The notes under the pieces: generated by a model
The model's input: only the letters and a program-made list of their open reading frames with translations
The model's database searches: none
What the model was told of the DNA's origin: nothing
Made by a program: the position numbers and the translations under genes
Shown here: piece by piece, positions 52,450 to 60,703 of the stretch
How the letters are laid out: the number at the start of each line of letters is the position of its first letter
Numbering within the stretch: position 1 is the stretch's first letter
DNA from: Octopus bimaculoides
Taxonomy: Eukaryota
Assembly: GCF_001194135.2 (NCBI RefSeq)
Contig: NC_068984.1
Span: forward strand, 109,554,830-109,615,532
Direction of reading: 5' to 3'
Length of the DNA: 60,703 nt

Positions 52450-52970
52450 CGTATATATGCACACATACACACACACACGGGTGAGTGGACAAAAGAAATA
52501 CGAGGTATTCGGCACATTTAGTGGGAGCTATGAATGAAAATGTGCCTCCATACAGACGTGAAAGATAAGTTACCCACTAAGGCGCTAATCGAATAACCGC
52601 TTCACGAACAGCTGTTCCTTGCTACTGATTTGGTATGGAATCCGTTCACGTCACGTATTCTCAGATAGACGGCCAAAAAACTATGAGTCTGTCTCTCAGA
52701 AGGCACTATCCCTTATTTTTCCACCACATCAATAGCATAGAAAAATATGCTTACTTTTATATCTAAACAAAAATGAGGATTTGTAGTGTTAAATCTATTC
52801 TAGTTTCAGTCCATTTCACTGCGTTCATTAATAGCGATTGTTTACTTAATGCTAAGTCGTCAAAATCACAAATGCACACATTATGTTATCCGCCATTGTG
52901 CTAACATAATTCAGGACCGCTTTATGAGATCTGACCTACGCCATTTATTGAGGTTGGAAACCGGATACGT

Positions 52971-53008
52971 TTTCTCTGACGAGGGACCATGAAATCGCCC
53001 GTCAGGAA
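52971..53008 (+). ncRNA. Weak hammerhead-like motif
   Basis: UUUCU CUGACGA GGGACCAU GAAA UCGCCC GUC AGGAA; stem I and GUC intact, stems II and III poor. Confidence 0.25.
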
Positions 53009-53870
53009 TCTCCTCTTTTTTCTGCGCTTAAATAGTATAGAAAAAACGCATTTTTATTATTTTACGCACTTGAGACATGTTTAAATCTAATTCAGATGTG
53101 ATTTAGAATACATTTTGTATAGATATGATATAATGTGTCTGCCTATTTCTGTGTGTGCGTATTTGTAAGTATGTGCAATATAAATGCATGCTTGTATTTA
53201 TGCCGGTAATAATAGAATGTACAAGTGAAAGGTTGGACTCTGCAAGACTTATAATAGTCTAAATGTGTAGGAGTTACTTCGAATGAGAACTTACATATTT
53301 TTAGCCTACCTAACTGGCTTAAACCCACTCTAATGCCAAATACATGATCAAATGCATTTAGAATGCCTTGCAGAACACCACCAGTGACTGGTGTTTTTCT
53401 GATGCGCATAGTACAAGTTTCTAGTGATTGTAAAGACTAAATACACACGCACACGCACGCGTATACATTATATATATTAAGTTTTGGTGACTGATGAGGA
53501 GTCATTCTGCTCTATTCAGACATTGTTCTCTATGATCTATCACACAGTCATCTATCACACAGTCATCTTTAATCTCCTTTCTGTCAACCGCCGATAGGAG
53601 CTATTTACAATCATTATTTTGGATCACCAAGCCTCCAGAAACAGCTGTTGGATTTGTAATACTCTTCTTCAACCCCTTTAATTCTTGATATCATTTCTAT
53701 TCTGTGTAAGTCGGACCTTTTTGTATGTAAACATATAACTTGTTTTGTATTTAATGTGCGGAATATCCATTGTATAGCGACCTACCTAACGTGCTTATCC
53801 TTACATTTACATACATTTATATGAATACATATTCATATATATACATATACGTGTAATGTGTATAAATTAC

Positions 53871-53902
<32 letters not shown>

Positions 53903-53920
53903 CTCCCCAGACACAACAGA

Positions 53921-53951
<31 letters not shown>

Positions 53952-54674
53952 CCCAGACACACATAGGTATGTGTGTATGCGAGCGTGCGTGTGTGCAGAA
54001 GTATTATCAGTGTCGCAATGTAAACGTATTTATCTGTTTACCCATGAACACGCACACACACAAAGCATCTCACATAATTCATGTTAGAAAAGTTTTTGCC
54101 GTTCACATAGCAAGCACAAAAATAACTGGACATAATAATAATAATTGATGAACAGATGGGGAAAAAGAAATGAGAAGGAAAAAGAAAGGTAAAACACTGG
54201 AATGAAACAAACAAGCCCCCTGAAAAGAACTGAAATATTTTAATAAAACTATTTCATAAATACCGCTTATGTTGTTCTCCACGACGGCGCTGTGTTATGT
54301 TGGCGAGAAATGTAACCTGCCTCCTGCAAATATATCTGTGTTGTGTTCTAGTTGATTTCTCCATTGTTTTTGTATAACAACACTGCGACTGGTCTCTTAC
54401 TGTGTGTACTTTGATTATAAATAAATCCTATACTTTGCATTCTCCATGTCCGGATATGTTTCCTTCATTTTCCATCCTTTCATATTGATGTCAGCATCCT
54501 GCTTTACACGCAGCTGGCTTTCTACACAGGAATTTTTAAGACTTATTTTTGGTCATTCAACTCCACTACCTCAGAACCCAGTGGACAGAGTAATGTTTTA
54601 TTTATTTACTTATTCATTTGTCTATTTTCGTTGTGGTTTGTGTTAGTGGTTTATGTTGCTGTTATTCAATAATG

Positions 54675-55790
54675 GTTTCTAACATTGGGCGCATGGCCTC
54701 ACATAACAGAACAAAGATATTATTCGATTAAATCGATCCCCAATGCTTAACTGATACTTTATTATTTTATTGAGCTTGGAAGGAGGCAAGGCAAAGGAAA
54801 TCTTGACAGAATTTGAACACAGAACCTATATATAAGGGAATGCTGGAAAGTTCCTGGCTTTAAAGCTATCGCGAAAGGCTTGGTTGAAGGCCCCATCTTC
54901 CAAGTTATTTTACTGGGCTTAGGAAAATTGAAGGACCGCTGCAATGAGTACGTGAATTTGAGAGAGGAATATGTTGAATAAAATTATAATTAACTGATCC
55001 TCCAGCATTTTCTTTTACCCAAACCAGGAACGTTTCAGCACCTCATCGTAAATTTAATTGAACACAATAATTTTGTCCACTACTACACTGAATTTGCCAT
55101 TTGATGTCTTTGTTTCTCATTTAAAAATATTTGACTAGAGTACGCAACCACAAATGTTCAAGGGTTGGTATAATCAAATTAAAATGACTTACAATACTTA
55201 ATTGGTATTTTGTTTTATCGATCTTGAAAGCATGAAAGGTAAAGATAACTTTGAGATTACAACTCAGAATGTATAGAACCGTAACTAAATATTAAGGCAA
55301 GGTATTTTGTTTGCAGTTCAACCGATTCTGATACCTACCATTTTTATTTCGTATAACGGCAAGAATTAGAATACTATATGTTCTGATATTCCTGTTAGAT
55401 AAACTAATGATTAGTAAGAAGAATATTTTTAATTTGGCCCAGGATGGTGAACTGAAAAGTATATTTGAGTATAGGATAAAAATGTTTTGTTCTATTTCAT
55501 TAAGTCGTTCAAACTCCTTCCGAAATCTACTCTGTCTTCCAGCCTTCTGGGGTTAAATCAAATAAAATGCTAGTTAGGTACTGCGGCTTAATGAACTATA
55601 CTGTATTACTAAATTATGACTTTATTCTTATTTTAGAAATCCTTATTCATCGTATTTTCTTGCAGTCTGTATAAATTCCATCTGGATCAACCTCACCTTT
55701 CATTCTTCCGAGATCAATAAAATAAAGCGGTCAAATAGTGGGGTAGATATAAATGACTATGTCTTTCCTCTTTTTTGTGGATATTAATAT
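54675..55790. mobile_element. Cluster of old SINE family B copies
   Basis: Degenerate copies at about 54675-54870 (-), 55145-55340 (-), 55430-55620 (+) and 55670-55790 (+). Confidence 0.6.
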
Positions 55791-55899
55791 CTTATTTTGC
55801 CCCCAGCCCAGGTTGTCAGTGAAGTATATAATCAAGGCCAGCAGCATGCAAGATGACAATTCATTCAACACTTCTCATTCCCAAGAAATGTATGAGACA

Positions 55900-58020
55900 T
55901 TGTATTAAACGAAAACACTGGTAGCTGGTAGAATTTGTTGAGAAACAAGCAAAATACCATATTCATAAGCAGACATTCCAGTTTTAATATGTAAGACTCA
56001 CTTCTAACTCCTCTTTCGCTTTTTCAGTTCCTCTTGAAAGAGTGAACGATTCGTTATTTTCATTATGTTTTCTTTAGATCTTTCCAACCATGTTTTGCTT
56101 ACAGCGCCTTCTTTCATGTTTGTGTTTAATTGCTTTCTGAGCTTCTACATTAGAGCATTCCATGGGATTTATTTGAAATGATAAACTGCTTTGAAGCGAA
56201 TCTGACGTTAACAATCTCTGCTCTTAAATCAATCTTTGATAGAGTTTATAACGAAAAATTTTCTTTTTATCTATGCTGACGAATATGGAAGGATACTAAA
56301 TCATAAAATTGGATAACAAATTGTATTTTGTTAACCAATATTCATGAATATTTTCTGTTGAAATAGGTAAGTTGTTTGCTGTTTAACAATAACTTTTCTA
56401 ATGATCATCAAGATCATTTAGACTACTTTCTGACGCAACAGACAAGAAATAAACAGTTTGTTGCATGAAAGACGTAAGAGATATGCTAGATAAATGAGTT
56501 TGGGGTCGCGTCTAATATCTACGAATTAACAATACTTCTATTTCTACTGAAGGGAAACATCTTTTCTTATTTTAATACAAAATTCCACCAGGAGTTTCAA
56601 ACTGTTTTAAATCTTCTAATGCCGATTACATCATCATGTTCCTTAAATATATGAACTATCGCTTTACTTCTGAAATAAATATGATTTTGTAATTACTTTA
56701 ATTGCTTAGTTCAATTTGTGATATTGTAATGTTATTTTGCAATTCATCTTTAAAATAATTCACATTTTTGTCTTTTGTTGATGCCGTTAAATACAGGTGA
56801 TGAAGCCTAAAATGATCAGACCGGAATTCAACATTCAATAAACTCACTTTGTGTGGCACATATTTAACGAAAATGAGCGTCTACATGGTTCTGTGAGTAC
56901 TTAAGTCTGTATAAATTGATTCTGTGATTATTTAAGACCGTAAAACGTCTTCTGGCACCATCAACTTTGTTAACTAACGATTTACTTCAGAAATATAGAA
57001 GTAAATCATCAAATTGTTCTTCTGTGATTGTAATAACTATTTTTGGAGAAAGCGACCTTGTTTGTGTAAGTTTTGGAATTCTTTGACAAGTTTTCAAACC
57101 AACTCCTTGGAAAAGCGAGAAGTCCCGTTGACTTTTGCTGATGTGACGAAAGCAAGAGAGTAAATCTTTTACAGAATCTTCTACGTATGTGAGCAATATG
57201 TCAAGAGTGTGATGAACACAAAGGGTAAAACAATGAGAGACGTATTCCATTATAAAAACTGAAGCCCATCATCTTTCAGTAATTTCTAGAACCCACTTAC
57301 AGGGAAGAAGATACATCTCTTGTGAATCCAATATATTCTTGAGAATATTTCTTTCGCGCAAGAGAGATTCAACACCAATCCATTAGCCAAGAATCATTTC
57401 ATTTTAGACATGACAACAAATCAGCATTATGTTTATTCAAATCAAATTATCTCCTAACTAGAGCCAAAATTTGAGTTACTGAAACCTCTGTACTATCGTC
57501 AATTACGACAGAAACTTTTGAGTTCTATCATTAATTTTTCATGAAAGCCTTTTTCCATACTGAAGGACATACGCAAGTTTAATTTCTCTTTGTTGATAAT
57601 TAATGTTTCAACAGTCTTGCTTGTCGGAAAATGTTCTCTTACAGTAAGAAGATGATCGATGTTTGTTAAAGGATTATGTTCAGTAAAATAGCCGAACAAT
57701 AAGCAGTTCACTTTGGGTTGTTTGTTCATTCTCTGTTGACTTCTTGCCACGATGAATTAAGAAATATCATCGTTAGATTTATCCACATCAAAGCAACTCT
57801 TATGCTTGACAGAAGAGTATGTGCTTCATTTGCGTGGATTTATCAGCATTTTCTTGCACTATTTACAGTAGCCAGCTTCTTTATCGCTTTCTATTTTATT
57901 GAAACCAATCCTTATCTTCGGGATTTTGCAACCAACCATTCAAAGAAGAATGGTTGCACGTACAACTTTCTTTTTTGAATATGAATTTCCTCTCGACTAA
58001 CGAAGGTACTAGCGATATCC
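55900..58020 (-). mobile_element. Fossil hAT DNA transposon transposase (ZNF862/ZMYM-like group)
   Basis: Fragments FTEHNPLTNIDHL, DSTEVSVTQILALVRR*FD (DEsTD motif), IGFTRD (iGfxsD), CVHHTLDILL (CxxHxLxL), IPKLTQTRSLS..EQFDDLLLYF (TRWLS); many stops and frameshifts; TIRs not found. Confidence 0.75.
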
Positions 58021-58082
58021 ACTTGTAGTTATTTTAAATGTACTTCAATCGCATCCTACAGACTAAAGAAATATTGATAATC

Positions 58083-58146
58083 ATTCTTCTTCTTCTTCTT
58101 CTTCTTCTTCTTCTTCTTCTTCTTCTTCTTCTTCTTCTTCTTCTTC
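58083..58146. repeat. (CTT)n microsatellite
   Basis: Direct reading. Confidence 0.95.
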
Positions 58147-58227
58147 CCCCCTTATGATTACAAACTAACTGGAATTAGATTTCTAGTTTAATAATCTAGC
58201 TAGTTATCCATTCTATTTAGTTACATC

Positions 58228-58425
58228 AAGGCGGTGAGCTGGCGAAGTCGTTAGGACGCTGGAGAAAATACTGAGCTATATTTCGTCCGCCTTTAGGTTA
58301 TGAGTTCAAATTCCGTTGAGGTCAACTTTGCCTTTCATCATTTCGGGGTCGTTAAAATATGTGTCAGTTGAACAGTGGGATCAATATTATCGATTATTCT
58401 CAGCTTTGTGCCTATAATAGAAAGG
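58228..58425 (+). mobile_element. SINE family B
   Basis: Aligns to 16450-16663. Confidence 0.85.
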
Positions 58426-59403
58426 ATTATTTAGTTTCATCACTTAATATTCTGGGTTCATATCTCCCCCGGGATCATGCTATCTTCCATTTCTGTGAGG
58501 TCAATATAATAAGAATTAATCGTCTGCTGTGAGATATTCAATTGAATGTAGGGTAAAATTCGAACCCCAATGAAACTGGTAATGGTCTGTGTCAGCATTG
58601 GTGAATAGGCGAATAGGTCAATTGGTCAATTGGTCAATAATTGGTCAATAAGTCAGTTATTAGCAGAGTTCAATGAGTTCAGTTAATGTGATGAGTAGAG
58701 AATCTAACGTTTCGGATAATTGTCTTTCGTCTGAGAGAGAAATAATGAAGGCGAAAGCGTTGTCACTCTCATTGTAGGAAAGACAATTTATCCTAAAATA
58801 TGTAACATTGGAAGAAATACGCTATTTTATATTCTATAGTTTACTGATGCTGTTAACACAAAACCTGTGAGACGACGAGTAAACATGCAGTAAGTGGTGA
58901 GTAAAAAGCAGAGCTTAAGAGGTACATGTTCTTTGATAAGATCACTGACTGTGATGACAGGACGTTGACAGACTAAGCAATTCACCAATTGATCAACTGA
59001 TTCATTATCTTATTGATTGATAATAAAACTGGAGTAAAACATTACCAACATGTGAACTTTAATTGGCAGCATGACCCTCCTCAAACACAAAATAGTTTAT
59101 TGATGAATTCTAATTTATACTATATGTATAATTATTAACAGAAAAATCATAAAATATTTTTATCTTTATAGGTAAAAGTAAAGATTTTAAGAAAACTTAA
59201 TACAATATGAAATACTTGAAGCCACCATAAGGAACACCTGTAAAATACACGAAAGACTTGAAGCACTACATGTTAACTTTTATGGGCTTCGTATAGTAGT
59301 AACTTTAAAATTGAAGTAGAGCAAAACTGACTCTCTGATAACTTCTAGTGTTCATATCAAGTTCGAGCAATAGTCTGCCAATAAAATATTGTTCACTCAC
59401 TGT

Positions 59404-59779
59404 CTTTTATCTTTTACTAGTTTCAGTCATTAGACTGTTACCCTGCTGGAGCACTGCCTTGGAGAACTTTTTAGTCGAATGAATCGATTCTAATACTTCT
59501 TTTTAAGTCTAGTACTTATTCTATCAGTTTCTTTGCCGAATATCTAAGTTACGGGGAAGTAAACACACCAACCGGTGGTGAGCAACAAACATTGACACAA
59601 AGACTCACACACACATGCACACAGAAGACAGGCTTTTTTCAGTTTCCGTCTACCAAATCTTTATCTTTATTGGTCGGCCCAAGGCTATAATAGAAGACAA
59701 GCAGCACAAGTTGCCATGCAATGAAGCTGAACCCAGAACCAGGCAGTTTGGATGTAAGCTCCTTACCACACATCCAAGC
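59404..59779 (-). mobile_element. SINE family A-related, diverged full length
   Basis: Aligns to 10393-10735 and 9866-10278. Confidence 0.75.
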
Positions 59780-60321
59780 TTGTAAATTCTAATTTGAAAA
59801 ATTCCTACTGTCTTTAAAAATTTTGGACACCATATTTCTTAAAATCCTATCTCTTTGAACAACATGTCTTATACATATATTTATGTAGAAGAGAAGCAAA
59901 CATACTTAGGGAAGTCTACCTAAAATTAATTGTAAAATAAATTTGTTAGAGAAAGTGAAAGAATTGTGAAGGCAGGCAAGGGAGACAAATCAAAATGGCA
60001 GAGGCTATGTTTCAAATGATAACTGAATACTTCATTTGTATCATTTTATCCAGCTATTTCAACGTAAAGATTTTTGTCTCGTCTGCTGACGCAGTATTGG
60101 CTGGGGGTATCCAATAACAACACACATCCACAACAAATCTAATTAAATAACTTTCATGTAGCTAAATGCCAGAAGTTACCAATTTCCCTTCCTTTCGTAA
60201 AAAATAATAAAAATCATACTACAGAAAACTTTTATCCAAATTTAAGAAAAAAAAAAAAAAAGAAGCAAATTGTCCAGAAAATCAAAAAGAACGACTTTCT
60301 CATCTGCTCAGAAGTTGGTGA

Positions 60322-60337
60322 AGCGCCACCTGGCAGG
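60322..60337 (-). promoter_or_regulatory. Candidate CTCF-binding site
   Basis: CCTGCCAGGTGGCGCT versus core consensus CCACCAGGTGGCGCT, in AT-rich non-repeat DNA. Confidence 0.35.
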
Positions 60338-60539
60338 CAATAAGCGAAAAGGGGAAGTAATTAGTAAGGATGGTTGTCAGAGAGGTTTGGTATGTAGTTA
60401 ATATTTCTTTCTTTTGATTTCTGTAAGTTTCCGTATGAAAGGATGGGTTGATGGTGTGTTAAGGAATTAACACAGAATAGAAAAGGCTCCAAATGAAAGA
60501 CTGTGCGTCATTTAGTCTGTTATGCTTGAGAATGATAAA

Positions 60540-60564
60540 TAGATACATGGAGAAACAGATAAAT

Positions 60565-60612
<48 letters not shown>

Positions 60613-60675
60613 AGGATGACTGTATAGATAGAAAGATAGATCGAAAGAAAATAGATAAGAAGATAGAGAGATACA
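60540..60675. repeat. (GATA)n microsatellite
   Basis: Direct reading; similar GATA/TATC arrays near 25610, 26140, 31190, 46825 and 52210. Confidence 0.9.
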
Positions 60676-60703
60676 GAGAAACATGGGTATACATATATAT
60701 ATA

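Noticed and set aside
53143-53409. ORF with PVTGGVLQG resembling the LINE RT SGVPQG motif
   Set aside because: Single short motif with no downstream RT motifs.
53490-53545. CTGATGAGGAG...CTCT hammerhead-like start
   Set aside because: No GAAA box after the putative stem II; the CUGAUGA at about 6380 (-) likewise lacks stems.

Overview
AT-rich, microsatellite- and repeat-dense animal DNA with about 17 N-gaps, mostly flanked by (AT)n. The SINE and LINE complement points to an octopus (coleoid cephalopod) short-read assembly; the organism is inferred, not shown. I could not recognise any host protein-coding gene, only a few weak exon or promoter candidates, so the window looks intronic or intergenic. 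Well-supported content: many tRNA-derived SINEs built from shuffled modules (my working labels A-D); fossil LINE fragments (RTE, R4/Dong inserted into (TAA)n, probable CR1/L2); a Penelope-like RT remnant; a decayed hAT transposase; Charlie-type and Tigger/pogo-type MITEs; a diverged foldback element; and a 222-bp tandem duplication containing a pre-miRNA-sized hairpin. The most interesting signal is a set of minimal hammerhead-ribozyme-like motifs (20.7, 29.2, 30.5, 37.7 and weakly 53.0 kb). One belongs to a tRNA-headed, SINE-like element sitting next to the Penelope RT remnant. Repeat boundaries are approximate unless a TSD or TIR is quoted. Family names come from motif recognition, not database searches.
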